This document shows, piece by piece, positions 39,933-49,321 of a stretch of 64,000 bases of DNA. How positions within the stretch are numbered: position 1 is the first letter of the stretch; each line of letters begins with the position of its first letter. The translations under genes and the position numbers were made by a program. The DNA comes from an uncultured Eubacterium sp. (GTDB taxonomy: Bacteria; Bacillota; Clostridia; Lachnospirales; Lachnospiraceae): contig CAJOMD010000002.1 of assembly GCA_905235555.1 (NCBI GenBank), positions 2,408 through 66,407 on the forward strand. Direction: 5' to 3'. Below the pieces are notes generated by a model. The model ran no database searches, was not told the origin of the DNA, and worked only from the letters and a program-made list of their open reading frames with translations.

Positions 39933-41075
39933 TTATATACCAAATATCGCCATAAATGTACCAGCTGCCACGGCTGTTCCTATAACACCTGCCACATTAG
40001 GTCCCATAGCATGCATCAAAAGGAAGTTTGATGGGTCTGCTTCAGTTCCTACTTTCTGCGAAACTCTAGCAGCCATTGGAACCGCAGATACTCCAGCAGA
40101 TCCTATAAGCGGATTAACCTTTCCACGTGTAGCCACACACATTAACTTACCAAACAAAACACCAGCAGCTGTACCCACACAGAATGCTAACAAACCTAAT
40201 ATTACAATTTTTATTGTACTTACATTTAGGAATGCCTCTGCACTAGTGGTCGCACCCACAGATGTGCCAAGTAAGATTACAACAATATACATAAGTGCAT
40301 TTGACGCAGTATCTTGTAACTGACGTACCACACCAGATTCTCTAAATAAGTTACCTAGCATTAACATACCAACTAGTGGTGCTGTAGTAGGAAGAATCAT
40401 ACAAACCACAATCGCAACAATTATTGGGAACAAAATCTTCTCTAGTTTCGAAACCGGACGAAGCTGTTCCATCTTGATTTTTCTTTCCTTCTCAGTGGTG
40501 AGCAGTTTCATAATAGGTGGTTGTATGATTGGAACCAGGGACATATACGAATATGCCGCCACCGCGATTGGTCCCAGCAATGCTGTCTGTCCTAATTTAC
40601 CGGCAAGGAAAATGGATGTAGGTCCGTCTGCACCACCAATTATCGATATAGCCGCAGCTGCCTTTCCACCAAATCCCATAAATATAGCAAAGAAATATGC
40701 ACCGTAAATTCCAAACTGTGCTGCCGCTCCTAACAAGAAACTTTTAGGATTAGCAATTAGTGGTCCGAAGTCTGTCATAGCGCCAACACCCATAAAGATT
40801 AGTGATGGCAAAATACTCCATTCGTCTAGTTTGAAGAAGTAATATAACAAACCGCCTGTTCCGTCTTCACCTACCGGTGCTTTAATAATATCTGGATAGA
40901 TATTAACTAAAAGCATACCGAACGCTATAGGAACAAGTAATAATGGCTCATATCCTTTTTTTATTGCAAGAAAAAGGAAAACACAAGCTATGGCAATCAT
41001 AATATAATTGCCTACAGACAAGTTTAAAAACGCTGTCTGATTAACTAGGTTGTCCAATGTTTCTGTAAAATTCAT
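39933..41075 (-). CDS. Na+-translocating decarboxylase beta subunit (OadB/MmdB/GcdB family)
   Basis: Polytopic, glycine-rich membrane protein of this family. Start set at ATG 41075 after GGAGG. Confidence 0.92.
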   Translation of the reverse strand: MNFTETLDNLVNQTAFLNLSVGNYIMIAIACVFLFLAIKKGYEPLLLVPIAFGMLLVNIYPDIIKAPVGEDGTGGLLYYFFKLDEWSILPSLIFMGVGAMTDFGPLIANPKSFLLGAAAQFGIYGAYFFAIFMGFGGKAAAAISIIGGADGPTSIFLAGKLGQTALLGPIAVAAYSYMSLVPIIQPPIMKLLTTEKERKIKMEQLRPVSKLEKILFPIIVAIVVCMILPTTAPLVGMLMLGNLFRESGVVRQLQDTASNALMYIVVILLGTSVGATTSAEAFLNVSTIKIVILGLLAFCVGTAAGVLFGKLMCVATRGKVNPLIGSAGVSAVPMAARVSQKVGTEADPSNFLLMHAMGPNVAGVIGTAVAAGTFMAIFGI

Positions 41076-41112
41076 AAGTACCTCCAAAGACTAATTATCA
41101 ATAGTCTTCTAA

Positions 41113-41472
41113 TTACATAGTTGCAAGAACTGCACCTGATTCAAACTCACTACCAACTTCCACTTTAATGCTAGAAATTGTACCATCCTGTGGAGCTACA
41201 ACTGAGTTTTCCATCTTCATAGCCTCAAATACCATAATAGTATCGCCCTTACTTACTTGCTCTCCTGGCTTAATCTTAATAGACATTATTTTACCAGGCA
41301 TTGGAGCCTTGATTTGAACATCACCATCATTTCCAGATGAAACTGGCGCTGGTGTTTCCACTGGCGGAGCTGCTGGCCCTGGTGCACTAACTGGTGCGCT
41401 AGCAACCTCTCCCTTTTCTTCAACTGTTACGTCGTATGCTTTTCCATTTACTGTAATTGTATAACTTTTCAT
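41113..41472 (-). CDS. Biotin carboxyl carrier protein
   Basis: Ala/Pro linker plus the FEAMKMEN biotinylation motif. ATG 41472 follows GGAGGA. Confidence 0.92.
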   Translation of the reverse strand: MKSYTITVNGKAYDVTVEEKGEVASAPVSAPGPAAPPVETPAPVSSGNDGDVQIKAPMPGKIMSIKIKPGEQVSKGDTIMVFEAMKMENSVVAPQDGTISSIKVEVGSEFESGAVLATM

Positions 41473-41495
41473 TTTGTTTTCCTCCAAAAAACTAA

Positions 41496-42233
41496 TTATC
41501 TTCTCTTTATTGATCTAACTACAAAACTATCTGTAGATTTTTTCTCTAGTGATGATATGGCCGCTGTTATTACTGCCACTAATTCACTGTCATCCACCTC
41601 ATCTTTTCGCGTTTGAACTGTTTCAAAACTTCTAGGTCCAGTATCCATTTTTTTCTTTCTTTTAATCACTTTTTTAACTTTAGGGAATAAGCTAAAACAT
41701 GATATCACTAAGAAGATAAATATTAAAACTGCAAATACAGTTCCCATTCCTATTAAAGTATTTGAACCAGCCTGAGCTAATTTTTCACCTGTAGAATATT
41801 TAGCGTCAAATGTCATTTCATATAATGTTATCGCATTATGATTCTCTTCATCAAATTTATATAATGATGTTACTGTGGCATCACGCTTTGTACAATCTAA
41901 TGTGGTTGTCACATTAATCTCACCATTTACATAGCTACATTTTGTGTCATTTTTAATAGACTTTATTTTGCCACACTCTTTGTGAAATTTTTTAACAGTC
42001 TCTTCTAACTTTTTTTCAAGTTTTTCTTGATCAAGTGCATATTTGGATTGATCAATATTTCTGCTTTGCTTATAAAGATTAGGATTTTTCTCATAAGCAT
42101 TTGCCACAAGATTAATCTGTATTTCACGAAGATCTTTTTCATTATATGCAGTTTTATCATTATTTTTCTTGCATCCAACCAGACATAAACATGCAATCAG
42201 GAAAATACAAGAAAGATATAGAATTCGTTTCAT
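41496..42233 (-). CDS. OadG-like decarboxylase subunit fused to an N-terminal lipoprotein domain
   Basis: MKRILYLSCIFLIACLCLVGC signal with lipobox, a ~140-aa hydrophilic domain, an OadG-like TM (LIGMGTVFAVLIFIFLVI) and an ELVAVITAAI tail. AAGGAG SD present. Confidence 0.75.
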   Translation of the reverse strand: MKRILYLSCIFLIACLCLVGCKKNNDKTAYNEKDLREIQINLVANAYEKNPNLYKQSRNIDQSKYALDQEKLEKKLEETVKKFHKECGKIKSIKNDTKCSYVNGEINVTTTLDCTKRDATVTSLYKFDEENHNAITLYEMTFDAKYSTGEKLAQAGSNTLIGMGTVFAVLIFIFLVISCFSLFPKVKKVIKRKKKMDTGPRSFETVQTRKDEVDDSELVAVITAAISSLEKKSTDSFVVRSIKRR

Positions 42234-42234
42234 C

Positions 42235-43572
42235 TTAGATCTCCTTTGTATAAAGCATTTCAAATGCTCCAATAAGATATTTTCTAGTATCAATAGGCTC
42301 TATAATTGAATCGATATAACCTCTAGATGCTACATTTTGAATATCACCCTGAAGTTTATCGAATTCACTAACCTTACTACTGTCGCCATACATCACTTCT
42401 GCAGCCTTCTTAGGTTCCATGACAGAAACCTTAGCCTTAGGCCAAGCATAAACCATGTCAGCGCCTGTAGCTTTTGAATTCATAATCATATATCCACTTC
42501 CTATAGCTTTACCCACAATCAAGTTAACCTTTGGAACTGTGGCATTTGAGAAAGCAAACACTAAGTTAGATGCTTCACTCACACCATCTTTTTCTGTCTC
42601 AAAACTCGAATCAAAACCTTCACAGTTGGTCAAAGTTAAAATTGGAAGTCCTAGTGAATCGCAGGTAATTACAAAGTCTGATGCTTTCTTAAGACCGTCT
42701 GTTGTAAGTTTACTTGCACCATCAAACTCTTTATTTGCAACCACTCCCACTGTTGCACCATTCAATTTAATAAATGCTGTAACAATGTCTTTTGAAAAAT
42801 CTTTCTTTACTTCCATTACAAAACCATCATCTGATAGTTCTTGAATCGCATTGATAGGATTTGAAATCTTATCTTCTATATCTACTCCACGGTTCAAATC
42901 ATCAGTAGTTTCCGCATCCACTGCAGGAACTGATGAATTAGATGGAATAGTTGATATTAAGTTTCTTACATTTGTATAAATCTCTGCTTCAGGAAGAACA
43001 AAGTCTACATTACCCACTTCTGCTTGATACTTAGCCGAAGAACTATCAACAGTTTTATTATCTGCAATAGTATTTGGTGAATTGACAAATAGTTTTGCAC
43101 TTGTCTCTTCCATATACGTAAAGTCTGATAATTTAGAAAGAACGCTTAGAGCTCCACCACACTCACCAAACAACATAGTAATTTGTGGAATTACGCCATA
43201 AGCACCAACCTGCATAAAATAAATCTGGCCAAAAGCTTCAAGTGCATCTACTGACTCTTGAACTCTAAAACCAGAACTATCAATTAGACCAATGATAGGT
43301 GCACCCATATCAATAGCCTTGTCATATATATTCATAATCTTCTTAGCATGCATCTCTCCAATAGAGCCACCAAGTACATCTGGATCTTGACTGTAAACGA
43401 ACACTAATTCACCGTTAATAAGTCCATATCCAGTAACTACTCCATCTGATGGTGTATCAGTTTCGTTAACATTAAAATCGGTGCTCCTAGCCTTAACTAG
43501 AGCCCCTATTTCCACAAAACTATTATCATCAAGAAGATTATTAATTCTCTCTCTTGCCTTTGTATTGCTCAT
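42235..43572 (-). CDS. Acyl-CoA carboxyltransferase (MmdA/PccB-like)
   Basis: Both carboxyl-transferase half-domains are present (GGSIGEMHAKK..; VANKEF..KASDFVITCD). ATG 43572 follows GGAGGA. 445 aa. Confidence 0.88.
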   Translation of the reverse strand: MSNTKARERINNLLDDNSFVEIGALVKARSTDFNVNETDTPSDGVVTGYGLINGELVFVYSQDPDVLGGSIGEMHAKKIMNIYDKAIDMGAPIIGLIDSSGFRVQESVDALEAFGQIYFMQVGAYGVIPQITMLFGECGGALSVLSKLSDFTYMEETSAKLFVNSPNTIADNKTVDSSSAKYQAEVGNVDFVLPEAEIYTNVRNLISTIPSNSSVPAVDAETTDDLNRGVDIEDKISNPINAIQELSDDGFVMEVKKDFSKDIVTAFIKLNGATVGVVANKEFDGASKLTTDGLKKASDFVITCDSLGLPILTLTNCEGFDSSFETEKDGVSEASNLVFAFSNATVPKVNLIVGKAIGSGYMIMNSKATGADMVYAWPKAKVSVMEPKKAAEVMYGDSSKVSEFDKLQGDIQNVASRGYIDSIIEPIDTRKYLIGAFEMLYTKEI

Positions 43573-43631
43573 CGATTTTTCCTCCAAAATTTATGTAAAA
43601 TTGTTCTCTAACCCAATTTTTACCAAGTATT

Positions 43632-43660
43632 ATACTAATACTTATTTCGTCAATATTCAA
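43632..43660 (-). promoter_or_regulatory. Promoter candidate for the decarboxylase operon
   Basis: Minus-strand TTGAAT, 17 nt spacer, TAGTAT. Confidence 0.5.
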
Positions 43661-43668
43661 GTAAAATT

Positions 43669-43704
43669 TTTTACCATAATAATGGCATTTTTTATGTGGT
43701 AAAA
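43669..43704 (-). terminator. Weak terminator candidate after asnB
   Basis: TTTTACCA/TGGTAAAA 8-bp AT-rich stem with a 20-nt loop and a short T-run. Confidence 0.3.
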
Positions 43705-43717
43705 CTGAGGTTTAATA

Positions 43718-45601
43718 TTATAGTTTTTGTACTCTCTTGTCCAACCATTCTTTATTTATTGGCGTGAAGTTTTCATCCTCAAAATACACTTTGTGCCAAA
43801 CTAGAAAAACATATACAGTCCAAATTCTTCTACTGTTGTCTGCCTTTCCTTTTTTATGATCTTCCATCAACTTTACAAGGATGTCTGTGTCAAAGTATTT
43901 CTTCGCCACTTCACTTGTAAGCATTGACAACACTTTATTGTAATATTCATTTTCGCAAAGCCACACTCTTATAGGAACAGGGAATCCTAATTTTTTCTTA
44001 TTTGCTGTCTTTTCTGGAATATGTTTCTTAGCCGCTATTCTAAATGCGCGCTTTGTGGCCGCATCAGTCACTTTATACTCTGTAGGTAATCTCTTAGCAT
44101 AGTTAAATACTTTAATATCTAAAAATGGTACTCTTGATTCAAGGCAGTGTGCCATACTCATCTTATCAGCTTTCAATAGAATATCTCCTTGAAGCCAGAA
44201 GTTTATGTCTACATATTGCATTTTAGAAATATCATCTAAGTTTTTAGCTTTTTCATATGTGTGTGCAACCAAATCTTTTGGAGACACGTGTGTAAGTTTA
44301 GTTTTAAGAAGTTTTTCCCTATCTTCCACAGAGAACATATTAGCATTTCCAATAAATCTCTCTTCTACAGTCTTACTTCCCCTTATCAAGAAATCTCTAC
44401 CTTTAATATCTGGAAGCAACTTTGCAATACCAGCTAAACCTTTTCTAATAAACTTAGGAACATGCTGATATCCCTTTAAAGAAATAGGTTCGTGATAAAT
44501 ATTGTAACCTCCAAAGAACTCATCTGCTCCCTCACCAGATAAAACAACTTTTATTTGCTCTGCCGCTATTTGATCCACAAAATAAAGCGCTATACATGAT
44601 GGGTCCGCCAAAGGCTCATCCATGTAATACATTACAGTCTCTATTGAATTAAAGTACTCGTCACTATTTATTGTTTTGCTGAAATTTTTCTTATTCAATT
44701 CTTCCACTAAACCTTCAGCGTATCTTATTTCATTATATTTACTCTTCTTATCTAAAAATCCTACAGTAAATGTTTTATCTGCTGGGAATTCAGAAACCAC
44801 ATAACTAGAATCTACACCACTAGAAAGTAACGAACCAACTTCCACATCAGCTATCATATGAGCATCTACTGTCTCATGAACTGTCTTTTCTATATCAGAT
44901 ACAGTTTCATCTAAAGTCTTATCATTTTTTGGTTTTAACTTTGGATCAAAATACCTATGAATATCTAGACTACCATCTTTAAATTCAAAGTAATGTCCAG
45001 CAGGAAGTTTAAATATTCCTTTAAAGAATGTTTCAGGTAAAACTGAATACTGGAAACTTAAATATTGTTCTAATGCTTCTTCATTCACTTTTTTTTCATA
45101 TCCAGGGAAATCTAATATAGATTTGATTTCCGAACCAAATACAAAACTGTTATTTACATTTGCATAATAAAAAGGTTTGATACCAAAATAGTCTCTGGCA
45201 CCAAACAATGTTTGAGATTTAGAGTCCCAAATTACAAATGCAAACATACCACGAAGCATTGTTAGGAAATCTTTTCCATATTCTTCATATCCGTGAATCA
45301 AACACTCTGTGTCTGATTCATTTGCAAAGGTATGACCTTTGCGAATCAAATCCTCTCTTAGTTCAAGGTGATTATAAATCTCACCGTTAAACACAATAGC
45401 CAAATCACCAGTCTCATTATACATGGGTTGAACTCCGTGATTAAGGTCAATAATGCTAAGACGTCTATGACCAAGGGCAGCTAAATCATCCACATACATC
45501 CCCATATCATCTGGACCTCTGTGAGCAATTTTATCTACCATTGTCTTTAGAATCGTTTTGCTATCATTCACTTTACCTATAAATCCGCATATTCCACACA
45601 T
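43718..45601 (-). CDS. asnB: Asparagine synthase (glutamine-hydrolysing) family amidotransferase
   Basis: MCGICGF Ntn nucleophile and LSSGVDSS PP-loop. 627 aa. Confidence 0.93.
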   Translation of the reverse strand: MCGICGFIGKVNDSKTILKTMVDKIAHRGPDDMGMYVDDLAALGHRRLSIIDLNHGVQPMYNETGDLAIVFNGEIYNHLELREDLIRKGHTFANESDTECLIHGYEEYGKDFLTMLRGMFAFVIWDSKSQTLFGARDYFGIKPFYYANVNNSFVFGSEIKSILDFPGYEKKVNEEALEQYLSFQYSVLPETFFKGIFKLPAGHYFEFKDGSLDIHRYFDPKLKPKNDKTLDETVSDIEKTVHETVDAHMIADVEVGSLLSSGVDSSYVVSEFPADKTFTVGFLDKKSKYNEIRYAEGLVEELNKKNFSKTINSDEYFNSIETVMYYMDEPLADPSCIALYFVDQIAAEQIKVVLSGEGADEFFGGYNIYHEPISLKGYQHVPKFIRKGLAGIAKLLPDIKGRDFLIRGSKTVEERFIGNANMFSVEDREKLLKTKLTHVSPKDLVAHTYEKAKNLDDISKMQYVDINFWLQGDILLKADKMSMAHCLESRVPFLDIKVFNYAKRLPTEYKVTDAATKRAFRIAAKKHIPEKTANKKKLGFPVPIRVWLCENEYYNKVLSMLTSEVAKKYFDTDILVKLMEDHKKGKADNSRRIWTVYVFLVWHKVYFEDENFTPINKEWLDKRVQKL

Positions 45602-45646
45602 AATAAACCTTTCTATTATCTAGCCTCTATAAATAATAAAAATTAA

Positions 45647-47119
45647 TTACAATACTTTTTTAACCTCATCTTCTGAGATCACTTCATTAATTAAGGTGCG
45701 CTCATCCATTGGATATTTTACGCCCTTTATTTCTTGATAATCTTCATGACCTTTTCCAGCCAAAACAATAATGTCGCCATCTTTTGCATTCATAATGGCA
45801 TATCTAATGGCATCTTTTCTATCGGGCACAGTGACATACTCGCCGTCTGCTTTTTTAACGCCAACTAGAATATCATTGATGATATCCATTGGCTCTTCAA
45901 ATCTTGGGTTATCTGAAGTAACAACTGTAAAGTCAGCAAGCTTAGATGACACTTCACCCATCTCGTATCTTCTATCTTTACTTCTATTTCCACCACAGCC
46001 AAAGATTGTAACTATTCTCTTTGGATTATATTCTTTTAAACTTGTAAGCAAACTTTCCAAGCTCATAGCATTATGGGCATAGTCAATCATAAAAACAAAT
46101 CTTTCGGATACTTTAACTATCTCCACACGACCTTTGACGCTGATGTCTATAAGCGCTTTCTTAATCACTTCTTTGTCATCAGTCAAGTGTGAGCAAATAG
46201 CAATTGCACACAAACTGTTATAAACACTAAATAATCCAGGCACATGAATTTCAACTGGCATTTCTATCTTGCCCGTCAAGTCATATGAAACGCAAAGTTT
46301 ACCAGGTTTAGTAAATAGATCAATATTAGTAGCTCTAAAGTCAGCATCATTTTCCACGCCGTATGTTTCCACATCACATGTAGAGTTTTCTAATATTTCT
46401 TTTGTATGTTTGTCATCTATATTAACAATAGCGTGCTTGCACTGCTTAAATAGCATAGCTTTGCACTCTAAGTAATGTTCAAAACTAGTATGTTCATTAG
46501 GACCAATATGATCTGGCTCTAAGTTAGTAAATATACCGTAGTCAAATGTAAATCCAGCTACTCTATCAAGCATCAACCCTTGAGAAGAAACCTCCATAAC
46601 TACACACTGCATTCCTGCATCTACCATCTTTCTAAAAGCCTCTTGAATGATAAATGACTCTGGCGTAGTGTTTGCGGTTTTAATTATTTCGTCCCCATAA
46701 ACAGCTCCAATAGTTCCAATAAGCCCTGTTTTTATTCCAACACTATCAAGAACTGATTTAACCATATATGTGGTTGTAGTTTTGCCTTTTGTTCCTGTAA
46801 TACCAATAGTTGTAATTTGTTCTGCGGGATAATCAAAGTATGCAGCAGACATATAAGCCAAAGCTTTTCTAGTGCTTTCAACTTTTACTACAGTAACATT
46901 TTCTTGCACATTTACATCTTCTTGTACAATAAGAGCTGCAACACCTTTTTTTACCACATCATCCACAAAATCATGTGCATCAAAACCGGCACCTTTGATG
47001 CAGACAAATACATCGCCCTTTTCTACTTTTCTAGAATCATAGCAAAGATTATTAATAGCGATATTTGTATCACCTTGAATAATTTTATATTCAATTCTCT
47101 CAAGCAATCTGCCTAACAT
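45647..47119 (-). CDS. murE: UDP-MurNAc-L-Ala-D-Glu--2,6-diaminopimelate ligase
   Basis: GITGTKGKTTT P-loop and the DNPR motif (TSDNPRFE) characteristic of mDAP-adding MurE. Confidence 0.95.
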   Translation of the reverse strand: MLGRLLERIEYKIIQGDTNIAINNLCYDSRKVEKGDVFVCIKGAGFDAHDFVDDVVKKGVAALIVQEDVNVQENVTVVKVESTRKALAYMSAAYFDYPAEQITTIGITGTKGKTTTTYMVKSVLDSVGIKTGLIGTIGAVYGDEIIKTANTTPESFIIQEAFRKMVDAGMQCVVMEVSSQGLMLDRVAGFTFDYGIFTNLEPDHIGPNEHTSFEHYLECKAMLFKQCKHAIVNIDDKHTKEILENSTCDVETYGVENDADFRATNIDLFTKPGKLCVSYDLTGKIEMPVEIHVPGLFSVYNSLCAIAICSHLTDDKEVIKKALIDISVKGRVEIVKVSERFVFMIDYAHNAMSLESLLTSLKEYNPKRIVTIFGCGGNRSKDRRYEMGEVSSKLADFTVVTSDNPRFEEPMDIINDILVGVKKADGEYVTVPDRKDAIRYAIMNAKDGDIIVLAGKGHEDYQEIKGVKYPMDERTLINEVISEDEVKKVL

Positions 47120-47955
47120 TATTCTTCAATCTCTCCTTCAAAGGAAATCTCAGCCGGACCTGTCATATAAACAGAATCCTCATTGGTATCGTACTCAATG
47201 TAAAGTGTTCCACCAAGCAACTCTACATAAACTTCATTTTCAGTAAACTCATTAAGATAAGACGCCACCGCACTTGCACTAGCGCCAGTTCCACAAGCCA
47301 TAGTCTCGCCAGAACCTCTCTCCCAAACTCTCATCTTAATATGATTCTTATCAACCACTTGAACAAATTCAGTGTTAATTCTATCTGGGAACAATTCACT
47401 GTTCTCAAACTCAGGACCATACTTATCAATGTCTAAATTATCTACATCATCCACAAATACAACACAGTGTGGATTCCCCATTGAAATACAAGTCATTTTA
47501 AACTTTTTACCAGCAACTTTAATGCTCTCGTCTATCACTTGTTCCTCTTCTGATACAACAGGAATCTCAGCCGGAGTAAGTGATGGTTTTCCAACATTAA
47601 CTCTTACTGATTCCACTTTGTCTTCATCATTCACAGATAAAAATAATGTTTTAATTCCTGATAAAGTCTCAACCGTAACAATTTTTTTATTTGTCATTTC
47701 TTTGTCGTAGACATATTTACCTACGCATCTAATTCCGTTACCACACATTTTGGCCTCAGAACCATCCGCATTATAAATATTCATTCTAAAGTCCGCCTCA
47801 TTTGATGGATTAATTAAAATTAGACCATCTGAGCCCACTCCAAAGTGTCTATCACTCACTTTTTTCGACAATTCTTCAGGATTATCAATATCGTAAACAA
47901 ATCCATTAATGTAAACGTAATCGTTTCCACAACCATGCATTTTGGTAAATTTCAT
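47119..47955 (-). CDS. dapF: Diaminopimelate epimerase
   Basis: Catalytic cysteines in MCGNGIRC and MACGTGASA. 278 aa. Confidence 0.95.
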   Translation of the reverse strand: MKFTKMHGCGNDYVYINGFVYDIDNPEELSKKVSDRHFGVGSDGLILINPSNEADFRMNIYNADGSEAKMCGNGIRCVGKYVYDKEMTNKKIVTVETLSGIKTLFLSVNDEDKVESVRVNVGKPSLTPAEIPVVSEEEQVIDESIKVAGKKFKMTCISMGNPHCVVFVDDVDNLDIDKYGPEFENSELFPDRINTEFVQVVDKNHIKMRVWERGSGETMACGTGASASAVASYLNEFTENEVYVELLGGTLYIEYDTNEDSVYMTGPAEISFEGEIEE

Positions 47956-47986
47956 AATGCTTCTCCTAGTTATTTATCAAACAAAT

Positions 47987-48559
47987 TTATTGGTCATTTG
48001 AAGTGAACACAACTTCATCTTCCACTTCAGACTTAATTTCATTAATAGTGTCTGGGTCAAATACCGGTAAAGTGTCAGCAGACTGTACTCCAAATCGTCT
48101 CAAGAATTCTTCAGTAGTACCAAACAACAAAGGACGACCGGGTGCATCTAATCTTCCAACTTCCTCCACTAGTTGATATTCGATAAGTTTATTTACTGCA
48201 AAATCGGATTTAACTCCTCTAATTCTCTCAATCTCTGTCTTTGTGACAGGTTGCTTGTAAGCAACTATAGAAAGCGTCTCCATCAATACATCAGTAAGCA
48301 CCTGCCTCTTGGGCTGCTTTGCAACTTTAATTAAAGATTCATATGTCTCAGGCTTTGTGCACATTTGGTATGCATTATCAAGTTCTATAATCTTTAAGCC
48401 TCTACCCTCTTCTTCATATTCATCTTGTAACTCTTTTACAATTTTTCTAACATCTGCAGATTTTATTTCCAGTGCTTTTGCAATAACTGGTATTTCCACT
48501 GATTCACCCATTGTGAAAAGAATTGATTCAATATCTGCTTTCATTTTATTGTTATCCAT
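47987..48559 (-). CDS. scpB: Segregation and condensation protein B
   Basis: 190-aa winged-helix pair (SIVAYKQPVTKTEIERIRGV), downstream of scpA. Confidence 0.93.
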   Translation of the reverse strand: MDNNKMKADIESILFTMGESVEIPVIAKALEIKSADVRKIVKELQDEYEEEGRGLKIIELDNAYQMCTKPETYESLIKVAKQPKRQVLTDVLMETLSIVAYKQPVTKTEIERIRGVKSDFAVNKLIEYQLVEEVGRLDAPGRPLLFGTTEEFLRRFGVQSADTLPVFDPDTINEIKSEVEDEVVFTSNDQ

Positions 48560-48570
48560 CTTTATAACCC

Positions 48571-49314
48571 CTATTCTTTAGATGTGATATAAATATCATC
48601 AAAAGTGTTTTCTTGAGAAACTGTAATCTCTCCTACTTTTATTAACTCTAATATCGCCAAGAAAGAAACCACAACTTCTATCTTTGACGTAGAATTTTCT
48701 AACAACTGCTTAAAACTACATTTCTTTTTAGTCTTAATAGTATGTGAAACAAAATCCATCTTTTCAGGAAGACTAACTTCCTCCATTTCAATTGTTCCAA
48801 ACTTGCTTCTAACTGGGTCAATCTTATCAACCTGACGTCTAAGAACCATTTGGAATATTTCATTTAATTTTGAAAGATCAACATCTTTAAGTAATTTATC
48901 TAAATCTACCGGCTGTCTATATTTTTTAACTTCTTTTGGAAGCGTTTCCTCTTTGTATAAGGACTTTCCAGCATATACTTGCATGTCGCGAAGCTCAGCT
49001 GCAGCGTGTTTATACATTTTATATTCAATCAACTTTTCAACTAACTCAGCTCTAGGATCAATTTCATTACCTTCTTCATCCACTTCCTTAGGAAGAAGCA
49101 TTCTACTCTTGATATCGATCAGCGTAGCTGCCATAAGCAAAAACTCACTGGCCATATCCAAGTCTTCTTTAGGCATTTGATTTACATACTCCAAATATTG
49201 GTCTGTAATTTCTACAATAGGAATATCGTAAATATCTATTTTGTTTTTTTCAATCAAGTGAAGCAACAAATCCAACGGACCTTCAAACACTTGAAGTTTA
49301 AATTCTAGATCCAT
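48571..49314 (-). CDS. scpA: Segregation and condensation protein A
   Basis: VFEGPLDLLLHLIEKNKIDIYDIPI N-terminus. 247 aa. Confidence 0.94.
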   Translation of the reverse strand: MDLEFKLQVFEGPLDLLLHLIEKNKIDIYDIPIVEITDQYLEYVNQMPKEDLDMASEFLLMAATLIDIKSRMLLPKEVDEEGNEIDPRAELVEKLIEYKMYKHAAAELRDMQVYAGKSLYKEETLPKEVKKYRQPVDLDKLLKDVDLSKLNEIFQMVLRRQVDKIDPVRSKFGTIEMEEVSLPEKMDFVSHTIKTKKKCSFKQLLENSTSKIEVVVSFLAILELIKVGEITVSQENTFDDIYITSKE

Positions 49315-49321
49315 AATTTAC

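Noticed and set aside
41075-43587. Three decarboxylase genes whose ORF-track starts are a TTG in the sequence TTGGAGG.
   Set aside because: The TTG is part of the Shine-Dalgarno region itself. An ATG follows 5 to 8 nt after the GGAGG(A) core and yields the expected N-termini. This is shared SD context, not a repeat element.
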